Shown: positions 36,719 through 49,743, counted from the first letter of the whole stretch. The stretch: 63,944 bases of DNA, filler included, from Craspedostauros australis (GCA_030167865.1; 15 parts of 15 records of this genome joined end to end with filler, not necessarily neighbours in it); one strand, 5' to 3'. The notes: generated by a model not told the origin, from the sequence alone. Translations and numbers: made by a program.

Positions 36719-37010
36719 CGCAACATGTTCCCATACCCAACAGTCACTGCAGAGAGAATGCAATGGCAACTCATCCATGACGCAGTGTTGACTGCTGGAT
36801 TGCCAATGTTCCCAGGGATCGTGAACGGACCATTGCTGCATGTATGGGTGAACATGGTGAGCACCATCCTATGCGAGAACTTCAGATCGACTGAAGAGAT
36901 CCTTGCCAACNNNNNNNNNNNNNNNNNNNNNNNNNNNNNNNNNNNNNNNNNNNNTTAATTAATTAANNNNNNNNNNNNNNNNNNNNNNNNNNNNNNNNNN
37001 NNNNNNNNNN

Positions 37011-37210
37011 AAGGTCAGGTCTTCGAGGCTCATCTTCTTGTCAGCGTGCTTCTTGGTGGCATGCTTCTTGGTGGCGGTGAGCTTGTCAGCGATGGCGTGG
37101 AGGGTGTTGGTGTCGTCTTGGACGATGCGGAGGTTTGCGGCACTGGCCATGGTGACATGCTCAGCGGCGGCGAGGAGGGTGATGGTGGTGATGGCGGTGG
37201 AGAACTTCAT
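37011..37210 (-). CDS. 5' part of a secreted protein with Lys/His repeats (truncated by gap)
   Basis: Signal peptide MKFSTAITTITLLAAA, then NLR and TKKHATKKHADKK. Strong GC3 codon bias. Confidence 0.68.
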
Positions 37211-39413
37211 GGTTGATAGAGCGTTGATAGAGTGTTGGTTGATTGCGTTTCGTACTTGTGCAAGTTTGGTTTTATGAATGGATGAGCTGATGAATGTCGA
37301 AGTTGTTGATCATGCACTTCGTTACTGCTTCTTGCTCATTGCTCTTTGCTTTCATCGTTACTTTCATCATCGTTGCAACTGCTGCAGAGGAATGTGTTGC
37401 GAGAGTGCAGGGCGTTTCTGTGTGATTGCGGCTGAGGCTCAGGTCATTCTCGCGTGTTCATCGTTGTTTGACCTGCGAGCTACATACTGTGCTGTATTCC
37501 TGCGACATCACACTTCGATTGATGGCAAGGTAGTCTTGGTCTTGGTCTTGATTTTGAGAAGGTGCTCAACGTCTGATCCACAAGTCACGCATCCGACGAA
37601 CGCCAATATTGGCGTCATCATCGTCGTCGTTGTCTTGGTCTTCTTCACCTTCACCTTCAATGCAAACGTGACCGTCACTGTCAACGTGAATGATCGTTGG
37701 CTGCCTTGGTAGTCGTGTTGGATGTGGGTTGAGCGTGGTATATTCTCATCCATCTGAGTGGCACCTTCTCACACATGCAAGACTTCGCTGAGCCAAAAAA
37801 TCAACCAATTAACCAATGAAACAGCCAGCTCTTTCTGTTGGGTGTGTGTTGATGTTTGAGAAGGTTGCATCTGATAGGCTGATGCAGTCGTCGCATCCTT
37901 GTTTCTGTATACATCGGTGCGCTCTGGTGAAAGCAACAGATGCAACGGATGTCGCATCGGCTCCCGTCCATGTGCTTGTCTTCCATTCGCCTTCCATCCT
38001 TCTCAAAGCATCGTGCTTCTTATCGCGTATCTTCGTCATAGTCGTGGTCCATCTCATGCTCTCGTCTTTTGCCGTCGGTGAAGATGAATCGATCAAATGC
38101 CAACAAGAATGAACGAAGTACTGTGAAGATGGCGTGGCGTTGCGGGATGGTTTGGTCAGGTCGGACGTTGACCCGATCTGATTTGATCTTCGTGTGGTCG
38201 GGAAGGTGTGCTGTGGTTGGTTGGAATGGTACCTTCTCAAAGCGTGCGCGATGCGTTCGCATTCTCGTTCTGGTGGTTCGTGGTTCTCGTTTGCTGTTTT
38301 GCTTTCGTGGAAGTTCTTTTTCTGCTTGCATATCACCGTACGATGTACAGACTTATATTAGAATTCTTAATTTATGGGGCCAACCGTAGACCCGGACGAA
38401 GGACAGTTTGATTTCAGCCATGAATTGATTCAAGCTTCCAATCCAACCGAAATGACATTTCTTGTCGTTTCTCGTCAGTCTTGGACGTCGCTGTCCATAA
38501 TTGTCTTAGCGCGAGGAGTCGCGTATGTCTCCAACCGTGATAAAATTGAACGCATGGCTGTCGTCGTGCTTTTTCGGCACTGACGACTTGGCGACGTCAA
38601 GTTGGAGCTAAACAATGCCGAATAGTGCGTGGACAAGAATGCGCGCATGTCCCACACGCACAAACACCACAGTTGAGTAGCTCATGTCATCCCTGCATGC
38701 ATTTTTCGGCGCTCGGAGAAGAGCCAACAACAACAGAAGACACATCACGAAACTGCATCGCTCATTCACGTGTAGTCGGACGGTTCGTGGGCGGATCTTT
38801 CACTCGTGGTCACAACCACACGGACGTTGGAGGTGAATTTCGGTCCGTCGGATGCGCTGCGTCTCATCATTGTTTGCGTCGCAAAAGCGTCGCCGGTCGT
38901 TGAGGAGCCATCACACAGCAAAGGAGCGAGAGGAGAAGATGATCTCACAAGTGAAGTTCCCAACCCACAAACGTCCACACAAGAGCTTCAGTTCCATGCT
39001 GGTAGAGCCATCACCCTCAGCCAAGGTCCCCAACGCAATATAGAAGCATAGTTGGAAGAGCATTGAGATTGACCCGCGTCGCCAAAGGAGAGATCCGTTG
39101 AGACGCCCAAGCAGTGCCCACGAGAGGAAGAACAGTTCCGAAAGAGGTGACAGCGGCCATCATTCCGTTCGAAGCACAGAATTGAGACAGCAAGGGAAGG
39201 TGTTGGAAAGGCATTTCGGCACGCACACACAGACGAGGGAGATCAGAGGAGACCGCCCGCAGTATCAACAGCAACAGCATCAGGATCAGCATCAGGATCA
39301 GCATCAGGATCATCACGTGGTGACTTCCCAGCCCACCCACGAAGCATCCCTTTGATCATCAACTCGCTTCCCAGCCCATTGCACCGCACTGGACGACCAA
39401 CACAGACGGAACA

Positions 39414-41652
39414 ATGGCCACCAACACCCATCATCTGCCGTACACCTGGGAGGAGGACCTGCGGGAGCCGGCGTTCTCATTCTCGGTGTCACTGTCGCCC
39501 ACAATTGCCTCAATCATCCCGTCGTCATTGCTGGGACTCCTTTCATCGTCGCCGCCGGCGGAAGATGCCAGCAATTATGTGGCAGGCGCCACGTTCGACG
39601 TGTACGCCCCACTTCCAGAATATTGGATCCTGCTCGTCGGCGTAAGTGTGGCGGTTCTGTACTTCATGGTGGAGTGATCGTGACGAACCTGCAGGATTGG
39701 CGTCGTGGCTCACCTTCTTCCATGTGCGAAAGCGCAGCGAGAGTCGTGCAGCAATGCGGACGCTGATCGGTGCATTTAAGTATGCTTGTGTTTCTCCATT
39801 CATTTATTTCTCGGTGCGCCATTGAATTGGGCAAAAGCGAGAATGTTGTGCAGTTGTTGCGATAAGGCACCAGCGCTCTCCTTCCTGTCATTCTTCCTCT
39901 CCTTCCCTTCGATTACACTCTGTTTGAATTGATTTCCACCGATCTGGTCTGATCTAACCTTCTTTGCTTGTCCTCTTTCTATTCATACGTGCGCCCACGC
40001 GATGCGAACATTGCGACTGTAATTCACTGTGGGGAAATGAACCAACAGTTCGTCATATTGCAGGCAATCTTCGCAGCAGCTGTGGCCCTCGTGTTGCACA
40101 CGTTTGTCGTCAAACCGAAGGCGTACAACACAACAGGCTCCTTGCTGTTGGGATATGCCATCCTCATTCCGATGTGGATCATCGAGCCGCCTCTCATCGC
40201 CCAATATCTCAACGTGCGGCAGTTGCTCACCCGTTTTGCAATGAGTGGCATCATGCCCACACTCGTGGTCTTTCGCATAATGAGCAGTAAGTGATAACGT
40301 GCTCTGCTGGCCTGCCTGCCGTGCTGTCAGTATGTTCGTCGCCCAGCCATCATGTCGCCAAACACTGCGAACATTGCAGAAACAACCAGCAATTGCGAGT
40401 GGGCGTGCAAAAAGGCCACCGCCACCCATGCACATGATTTCTCACCACCAAATGATCCTTCCTTCTTTTTGTCGTCCATTGACTGCAATCGATCACGCAC
40501 CTCCCAATGCATCATCAAATCATCCACTCTCTGATCCACGTACGAATGCTCTCCATGATGGCCACTCACCGTCCTGTAATGCACACTCATGGTCTCGTGC
40601 TCAATCTAATACTCACATGCTTTCGTGTAATATTATACATATATTCACCAGCCATCCATGGTTACGTCACGCCCCTCGATAGTCAATCGTTGCGAAAATA
40701 CCTCGTCTTCTTCGCGATGCCATCAATCCTCGAGACTGACAAGCAAGGTGACTACATCGAGGTATCGGGACGCGACATCATCAAGCACATCACCAACTTC
40801 CTGAAGTACACAACAGTTTGTGGCCTCTACCAGTCGTGGCTGTTGTCCTTTCCACATCAGTGCGTCATGGGTTGCTCGAGCGCAGTAGGTTCAACTTCGC
40901 CATACTTGGTTGGTCGCGGCACACAGATCGCCGAGATCCGTGAGACGATCATGGCGCGAAGCTCGTTGACGACACAGGAATGGTACACCAACGCGGTGAT
41001 GGACACATTCTCGTACACGACATGGATCAACAGCTTCTTCGTCGCCATCAGCTTCATGCTGTACCTGGCCACTTACTGCGAGGGCCTCATCCTGCTCTCT
41101 ACCGTCATCACGAGATGCAAGATGAAGGTGGTAATGAAGAACCCGCTCTTCGCCTCCGGCAGCCCCTCGGAGTTTTGGGGGAGGCAATGGAACCTTCTTG
41201 TGCACTCGTCGCTGAAGAATGGAGTGTACAAGCCAGTACGAAGCGCGACCTCATCAGCGTTGCTAGCAACGGTGTCGGCCTTCGCTGCGTCGGGACTTTT
41301 GCACGAGTGGATCGTCGCGAGTGTGTACGACCCATTGTTGATGGTGGACCTTCTGTCGTCGCCATCATCAACAGTCAAGGATACCCTGAACTCATTCCCG
41401 GTGGTGTATGGAGGTTCCATGATCTTCTTTGCGTGGCAGGCAGGGTTGGTGATGTTGGAGCACAGTGTCGGAAGTTGGAAAGTATTTGGTCTCATGTCGC
41501 AGAGGCTCCCGAAGATCGTGAAGAGCTTGTTGGTCGTGTTGCTGGGGGTACCGACCGCTCACATGTTCTTGGATCCGTACATGAACTCGACGTTCTTCCA
41601 CTCAAGCATGGTCGGATTCTTCACCATCGTGAAGAGGCCGCTGGGGCCTTAG
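39414..41652 (+). CDS. MBOAT family O-acyltransferase (wax-synthase-like), three exons: join(39414..39641,40049..40286,40652..41652)
   Basis: NPLFASGSPSEFWGRQWN and FAASGLLHEW motifs. Two GTAAGT...CAG introns keep the frame. Multiple hydrophobic segments. Confidence 0.87.
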
Positions 41653-42416
41653 CGTCCCGTGTCAAATCGCTCCGTTGCCTTCCCTGTGCGCACAAGTATT
41701 TCGCCGTCGGCGAAGTCGCAAACCGGAAGAATGCCCATCGGCCTTTTGCTACTCTTGTCCTGTTTTGCGCATTGTTGTGCACTGCGTAGCCATAAGACCC
41801 CGGTGAGCGAAAAGGTTACGCCCAAGTTGGCGTCGCATCTGCGATCCTGATATAAACTTTAAGAGGCCTTACCATATACTTACTTTAGATATATGTAGAA
41901 GAACTACATTCTTAAAACGTATATTGGATGGGTTAGGAGGTCATGAAGGTACCTATTCTGTCGTGTTGTATCGTGCATTAGATTCAGTTNNNNNNNNNNN
42001 NNNNNNNNNNNNNNNNNNNNNNNNNNNNNNNNNNNNNNNGGCGAGCGGCGAAAATGTTCTTTTTTCCTCTCTCAGACGGACTCACAGCAAGGCACTCGAA
42101 GCCGCCCTCAGACGTGTCTACAGTCGTGCAAATGGACCCACATTTCGGCTGTTTTTGGCCCCAATTGATTGCACGCAGTTTCTCGCGGTGGACTTGGAAC
42201 AATAGGTGAAGAGCAAAACTGCATCAGAATGTGATGGTACGTGCGTGCACTGCGCCGTACCATACGACATTAGGATGGGATGAAGGTGCAGAGCTATCAG
42301 CATATTCCACCAGGTANNNNNNNNNNNNNNNNNNNNNNNNNNNNNNNNNNNNNNNNNNNNTTAATTAATTAANNNNNNNNNNNNNNNNNNNNNNNNNNNN
42401 NNNNNNNNNNNNNNNN

Positions 42417-43510
42417 TCTGTGTGTACGTAGATGATCTGATGGCCGTCATGGAAGACCCACAGTCATTCTTCGACACGCTCATCAACAAGTACAAGTACA
42501 GGTTGAAAGGTGTAGGACCAATCAAGTATCACCTCGGCGCAGACTTCGACCGAGACAAAGACGGAACCCTGACTATGAGCCCGCAATCNTACATCAAACG
42601 GATGNTGGCGAATTACGAACAGGTGCATGGGGAGCTTCCACGGACCTACACCAGTCCCATGGAACACAACGATGCCCCCGAGCTAGACACATCACGTGAA
42701 CTAAACCCTGTAGAGACCAGACAGTTCCAATCACTCATCGGCGCCCTTCAATGGTGCATCACATTGGGACGGTTTGACATTGCTGCAGCTGTGATGACCT
42801 TGTCTAGATTCAGAGCTCAACCCAGGATTGGTCACATGGACCGCGCTAAACGTGTGTATGGATACCTCCGAAAGCGTTCTGATGCNNNNNNNNNNNNNNN
42901 NNNNNNNNNNNNNNNNNNNNNNNNNNNNNNNNNNNNNNNNNNNNNNNNNNNNNNNNNNNNNNNNNNNNNNNNNNNNNNNNNNNNNNNNNNNNNNNNNNNN
43001 NNNNNNNNNNNNNNNNNNNNNNNNNNNNNNNNNNNNNNNNNNNNNNNNNNNNNNNNNNNNNNNNNNGTGACAGGCAAATCTGCAACTGGTGTTCTCCATC
43101 TGCTCAACCAGACACCCATCGAATGGTTCAGCAAGCGCCAGACCACCGTCGAAACTGCAACCTACGGATCGGAATTCGTCGCGGCAAGACAGGCAACAGA
43201 GCAAGTGATTGCCATGCGCCTTACCCTTCGTGCAATGGGAATTCCGCTGGACGGACCTGCCTGGATGTTCGGAGATAACCAGAGCGTGATCACATCCTCC
43301 ACCATCCCAAACAGTGTGTTATCCAAACGACACAACGCATTGGCGTACCACCGCGTACGTGCCGCAGTAGCTGCGAAGATCCTGCATTTCTGCAAGATAG
43401 ACGGAACGGAAAACGTAGCCGACGTCATGACCAAGTTCCTTCCATGGGCGAAGTACTGGCCGTTAGTGAGGCCACTTCTATTCTGGAAAGGAGAGACTCT
43501 GGGTGGATGA
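42417..43510 (+). mobile_element. Ty1/copia RT-RNase H, family C (CoDi-like), partial
   Basis: YVDD, YHLG, LGRFDI, ETATYGSEF, ADVMTK and LLFWKG motifs. Confidence 0.93.
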
Positions 43511-43527
43511 ACAAGACCCCCGACCAT

Positions 43528-43833
43528 AGGGGAGTATCAACATCTAGATCGAAATTAGGTACCCATCTCCCATGACTGAAACGTGATTCATTATTTTTGA
43601 TTCGACTCGATTTTGAGAGTATAGTCGAGTGAGTCTTGATACACGATTGAGATTCAGTCACTACAGTCATCGAACATGACGTAGGCACTGACATCATCGT
43701 ATGACGTCAGTGGATCGGTCATTATGATCCTCGGAATCGAGATTATATCTTAGTCATGGTATGCTGACCTGTCTAGCCTAGCCGAATGCATCATCGAGCA
43801 CGTGGCAGCAACATTTAGGATCCAGAACAACAT
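43528..43833 (+). repeat. Family C polypurine tract and putative 3' LTR start
   Basis: AGGGGAG 17 nt after the pol stop, then TATCAAC from 43535. Confidence 0.55.
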
Positions 43834-43933
43834 NNNNNNNNNNNNNNNNNNNNNNNNNNNNNNNNNNNNNNNNNNNNTTAATTAATTAANNNNNNNNNNN
43901 NNNNNNNNNNNNNNNNNNNNNNNNNNNNNNNNN

Positions 43934-44869
43934 ACCAGGTAGGGGACGTGTTATGAATTGAGGAGGAGACGTGGCGAGAAACAGTTAGATGCGAGAAGCG
44001 ATGGGATCATAGTTGTGCAACAAGGGACCTTGGTGCTGATCATATGACAACTAGTGTCCGGTGTGATTAGCAGGTGTGCAGCTCAAGAACTGGACCATCT
44101 CAACATGTTGCTCAGACAGGAAGAGAAAGAAGAAAGAATGAATTCAGGTATGGGCCCATACATTCAACGTGCATGAGCGAAAGATCCACCTGCTCACATC
44201 ATTTCAAAGCGTGTCATAGCAGAGCGACGAATCACGACCATCACTTACCATATTGTGCCGAGCAAGGCCCAAAGAAGGACACCATGAGACACATCAGATA
44301 TCCTGTTCTGGAACCTGCATTGAGTACCTTGAGCATAGTGTTGGGATGAAAGTCGAACAGCTCCGTGATGAAGTTGTACATGTGTGGGGCTGAGGAGTGG
44401 ACGTAACCCTCTCGAATGGGCTGATTGCTGTGCGCCACTCGAAGTTGGCTTTGCGCGACGAAGTGCGCCCGATCAACATTTTGGCATTCATCCGCCACAT
44501 CCATGCACTTGATGACGTCGTTGCCCAAAAATTGCCTGGAATGTGGAATGCAGCCAGGGTGTTGCCATGGTTGGCGGTGTAGTTCGCGGAACCACAGAAC
44601 GTGTCGGCGATGGTCGATTCTTGGATGCTGTTGGCATCCATCCCCTCTGGCAGTTCGCAGCTATTCGCTGCATCGGTATCCAGCTCGTCATCGTCGACGA
44701 TATTGATGACCTTTGGATCGATGGTGAGGAAGGATGTGTCTTCGCATTTGGAATCGTCAGCATTGACATCAGCAGTTGCGGCTTGTGCTGCTACTGTTTC
44801 GTCTGCGTCGGACAGCTCGTCAATGCGCTTCGTCGAATTCCGAGACGATTGGATGTTGCTGGTTTCCAT
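43934..44869 (-). pseudogene. PCMT (protein-L-isoaspartate O-methyltransferase)-domain gene, 5' part, frameshifted
   Basis: VDRAHF...QPIREGYVHSSAPHMY...LNAGSRTGYLMCL matches the PCMT SAM-binding region. Frameshift near 44530 and GTAAG donor at 44248. Confidence 0.75.
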
Positions 44870-45126
44870 TGTGAGACTGGTCAACGTGGAGTGTTGTTGG
44901 CTGTCCTGGCATGGCACATTCTGTTGTTGCTGCACACGGTCATCACGTTGTCTTGTGGAGGAAGAGTCACACGATGTCTCTTCCTCTGTTGTGACTCGTT
45001 TTTCATGACGTGGAATCCGTCCCCTGTGACGTAGAAGACGGATCAGCGAGAGTAAACACGAAATAGCTCTAAATATCCAATCGCCGTTTCTCCCAAAAGC
45101 AAGCAAACCAGTGGCAACAAGGGGCC

Positions 45127-45199
45127 AAAACTCCACAACTAGTGTTACGACCTGCAGAGAATGTAAAATGGGTCACGATAGCACTAGTTGTGGAGTTTT
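45127..45199. mobile_element. Two back-to-back CACTA-type TIRs (type L 45127-45144, type R 45182-45199) with a 37-bp spacer
   Basis: Perfect 18-bp inverted repeat AAAACTCCACAACTAGTG / CACTAGTTGTGGAGTTTT. Confidence 0.68.
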
Positions 45200-45329
45200 A
45201 CTCGTGATGAGTCGTGATAAAGTAGACTANNNNNNNNNNNNNNNNNNNNNNNNNNNNNNNNNNNNNNNNNNNNTTAATTAATTAANNNNNNNNNNNNNNN
45301 NNNNNNNNNNNNNNNNNNNNNNNNNNNNN

Positions 45330-47737
45330 GACTTTCATCCCAACACTATGCTCAAGGTACTCAATGCAGGTTCCAGAACAGGATATCTGATGTGTCTCAT
45401 GGTGTCCTTCTTTGGGCCTTGCTCGGCACAATATGGTAAGTGATGGTCGTGATTCGTCGCTCTGCTATGACACGCTTTGAAATGATGTGAGCAGGTGGAT
45501 CTTTCGCTCATGCACGTTGAATGTATGGGCCCATACCTGAATTCATTCTTTCTTCTTTCTCTTCCTGTCTGAGCAACATGTTGAGATGGTCCAGTTCTTG
45601 AGCTGCACACCTGCTAATCACACCGGACACTAGTTGTCATATGATCAGCACCAAGGTCCCTTGTTGCACAACTATGATCCCATCGCTTCTCGCATCTAAC
45701 TGTTTCTCGCCACGTCTCCTCCTCAATTCATAACACGTCCCCTACCTGGTGCTCCATTCCGCCACCAAATCAAATGCCATGCATTGAGCTTCAACAAGAG
45801 GTGGTTCAGCACTGCCACAAGTCATTGCAAAGATGGACGCCAAATAATCTTGGAGCGCAGAAGATTGATGACATTCATGTCAACCAGGCAATGCCCTGAA
45901 AATAGCCGCAGACAAAGGAGAGGCCCCATTTGTGTTTGACCGGATCTACATTGGGCTGGCATCAATATCGCGTGCATATTGAAAATACAGAATCTCCTCA
46001 AACCAGACAGTATCTTGATCGCACCAGGTAGGTGCCATGCGGCGACGCTCACGACAAACGCTCTGTTGATAATCGCCCACGACCTTCACCACCATCCGTT
46101 CACTCGTTCAAACCAGCACAGCCCTTGGACGGTCCATTGCTGTCAATTTGCAATGGGCCTGTTGCTCGTCACCCTCTGTGCAATTATTGGAGATCATTTT
46201 GCTCTGTTGCTTGTGCGAAGCGAACAGTGGACTGCTGTGCGCTGCGCCGCAATGCCAACGCCAATTCACCACGATGTGATAGAATCTGACGTCTTGGTAC
46301 CCACCCCTTGCTCTTCATCGTTGCATTGCAAATGAAAAACAAACGAACACATACTTTCGCATCATCCGAATCGATGCAACAATTTGAGTGGATGATGAAT
46401 TCATCATGGTGTCGCGGAGGGACAGCTGTGCGGATCCATTTTCGGTGATCTCGCCAAAGACTCAAGATTTCGCAAACACTGTTGAATCCTCAGTCCGTTT
46501 CAGCGGAATGGTGGAAGATGCCCATGGCACAAATGAAGTTGTCATCCTCAGTCGAATATGGAGCCGTCCTTGCCAGCCACTACCCTGATAGCTTCCGAGA
46601 GTNGTTCAAATATCTCATGATGTGTGCCAATGCCAACGTCGTGCAGCCAATTGTGCCACAACCAGCACATCATGCCAACATTGTGGCTGCCCTCCCCAAG
46701 GTCTCGTGGATGGAAATCGCGTCCCACACACCCAAAGATTGTAAGTTGAGATCCGGAGAGATTCCCAATTCTGTTTCAGATGCCACTGCCTTGCCATCGC
46801 TGAGATTGCCTTCATTGCGTGAAGTGGGGCNATTCGAGATGTCGACCGAACTCCCATTCTATTTTCAAGATTTTGGCACTCTTCCATTCACTTCTTCAGT
46901 TGTGCCGCATGTTCCCTCGCTTTCCTTTCTCACAGATCTCCCATGACTCAACTGCGCAACTGCACAACTCCCCCGCCATGGGTTCCAAACACCTCATACC
47001 GAGGTTGAGATCCTCAAGCGGAGACTGAAGGAAGCACAGCAGGAGGACCATGAGGCCAATGAGGCCCGTCCAGCAGCCAAAGTGAGGTATTGTATGGTCG
47101 CGCAAGATTGGGATGTTCATCGACTGCTCGCTCGCGCTTCCAGTTCGCTTCACGCTGAATCAGATCAAATCTCTCGCGACGAGGTCGCCAGCAAGGAACC
47201 ATGTCGGATATTCTGGACTACTGAGAGGTGGATTCACTCTTCGCAGATCAACGCATGATCATCTTGATGCCAGAACGTCCAACCGATCCAGAGATTACGA
47301 CATCGACGCGGACTTTTGCGGAGAGGAGGAAGATGATGACATCAGTGATAATGCGGGCAAACAAAATCTTTTGGGCGACATTGCCAATGTTGACATTGAC
47401 GATGACGAAAGTCACGTTGAAAATGGAGATGGCAGAAGCTTGCAGGACGGAAGTGAGATGGATCAGGGATTCACATGAAATGATCATGAACGAAGTAAGC
47501 ATGGAGGCCAACAACGACAACAGCGACAACAACAGCAGTGCCACGGAATTTTTCGATCCATGTGAGCACATGTCCAACGATGATCTTTTCACATCCGGGG
47601 CGCCGATCAGCACATCTCAGAAATTGCAGACACAAGAGCAGGTACAACAAGGCATGGCAGGTACCCCAAGCACGCTGAGATCCATCGCACATCGTCACCA
47701 AACAAGAGCGTCGTCGTTCTGCGGAGAGAATGGATGA
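45330..47737 (+). pseudogene. PCMT-domain gene, 3' part, with introns and frameshifts
   Basis: First 421 bp are the reverse complement of 43934-44354. Continues IELQQEVVQHC, NALKI...GEAPFVFDRIYIG, LLKPDSILIAP, YPDSF...LPKVSWMEI, then a coiled-coil and acidic tail. Confidence 0.7.
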
Positions 47738-47944
47738 GGAGAATTCCACTTCCCTGCCGCACACACATGTGTGTGTGTACTCGCACGAACACATGCTGGC
47801 ACACAAACACTGAAGAACAGACGGAGGACAGAAAGGCCAACAACNNNNNNNNNNNNNNNNNNNNNNNNNNNNNNNNNNNNNNNNNNNNTTAATTAATTAA
47901 NNNNNNNNNNNNNNNNNNNNNNNNNNNNNNNNNNNNNNNNNNNN

Positions 47945-49313
47945 CCCCACGAGTGGAAAAGGATAGTCGGCTCTCAAATTGCGAGTAGAGGCATCATCGG
48001 CGGCGCGGATAGCAGACCGAGGCAGGAGCTGTTGTGTTGCATCGTCGAGCACCCAGAATGTGAGGTCGTCGCCCTTGTGGAGACACGGACCAGCCCAGCG
48101 GCCGCGGCGCTCCTTGGACTCACTCGGGAAGCCAGGACGTTCCACACGGTAGTAGACCGGTTGCCACCAGTAGTACGCAAGGTACTTGCTGACATCNNNN
48201 NNNNNNNNNNNNNNNNNNNNNNNNNNNNNNNNNNNNNNNNNNNNNNNNNNNNNNNNNNNNNNNNNNNNNNNNNNNNNNNNNNNCGTGCAGATGAGCCAGA
48301 ACCGCGACGGAGTACCCGTGCGATCCATGACGCCGTTGACAGTACGTTTGATGTCCTGTATACGGCGCTCGGCCCCGTTCTGGTGTTGGTGCTCCGGCTC
48401 ACTCTGGTGATCCTTTATTGCGTATTGACGCAGGATGTCTTGCACTTTGAATCCCACCTCTGATTTTGCGTTGTCCGACATTAGTAGGTCAGGCGCTCCA
48501 TGCCGACGAATGAAGTCGAGCAAGGAGTCCGCGACCTGCCGCTCGGACGCCATCGGGAATCCCGATGTGTACCGAGAGTCGAGCGCAACGAACACCTGGA
48601 ACATGGTGCAGCCACCATGGCCAGGGACACCGTCATCATGAGCGGGCGTATCAGAGAAGAAAGTGTCCATCGCGACCGTCTCGTGTAGACGATCGACGTT
48701 GGCCGCCGGGAAACGAGTGCGAAAATGCGTGCGCATCGCGAATCGTTCCGAAGTGCGGTACCACTGGGAAGTGCAACCGAGAGTGTCCTTGATCCGACGA
48801 GCAGGGATCCAGCCGAAGTGTGGACGCAGTGCCTCATAGTCGATGGGCGAGTTGCGAACACGAACGGAACTGGAATTGCCAGCGGACCCGGAATGCGGTA
48901 CTGTCCCGCGGGCCTCATCCGTCAATGCCGCATATACATGCAGACGATCGAGGTCGGCGAGCGCGGAACCATCATCATCATCGTCCGCGATAGCGCAGAC
49001 ATCATCAAGACCGAACTCCTGATCGAGGACGGAAGGGTCCCAGACGTCATCGGACGTGAAGTCCACATGAGGGTACTGATCCATCTCAGCAGGGGTCGGT
49101 GGGCGCATGTCCATGTAGGACAGGCCAGCACGGATAGACAGNGGGATGACGTNCCCCTCAGGCGTGACGACAGTTTGTCGACCGCCAGGGAGTCCACGTG
49201 GGCGTTCATTCACATCCATACCAAACGCGGAGAGTTGGTTGGTAGAATGGATGGACTTGCCCTTCCCGTATAGAGCGTACTGGTGGAACTTGGCGATGAT
49301 CGGGCCACTGCTC
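47945..49313 (-). mobile_element. Ty1/copia integrase region (CoDi-like, probably family C), partial
   Basis: DTFFSD, FIRRHGAPDLLMSDNAKSE and QSEPEHQHQNGAERRIQDIK form the DDE core. Confidence 0.9.
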
Positions 49314-49413
49314 NNNNNNNNNNNNNNNNNNNNNNNNNNNNNNNNNNNNNNNNNNNNTTAATTAATTAANNNNNNNNNNNNNNNNNNNNNNNNNNNNNNN
49401 NNNNNNNNNNNNN

Positions 49414-49743
49414 AACAACACCAGCAGCTCGCATCTGATTCGGGCACAATAACGGGTGCTCAAGACGAGGAAAGTAGATCGATTGTGGGAAGAAAAGGAC
49501 AAATGTTTGGTATGTTACGGGATCATCATATGCTATCGCTGCCGTGACGATTGGCACGTTGTCGATGTTCCCGAGTGAGTCAAGAAAGGGGGTTGCAGTC
49601 ACAGTTTGGTTCGTGGTGTGCACAATGTATGCTGTGTCGCCAAAGCAACATGTGTCAGCGTGTGAGTCGAGCTCCGCTCGCGGCGTATCAGACGCCAGGG
49701 AGAGATTAACAGACGTGATCTGTCGATGCCCTCCATGCTGCGA
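49414..49743 (-). mobile_element. Copia family D protease region, in frame with gag
   Basis: RAELDSHADTCC aspartic protease motif. 49414-49604 is the reverse complement of 52126-52316. Confidence 0.9.

Noticed and set aside
43934..45750. 421-bp perfect inverted repeat as a foldback element
   Set aside because: Both arms start at contig edges and appear identical. Best explained as an unmerged contig overlap.
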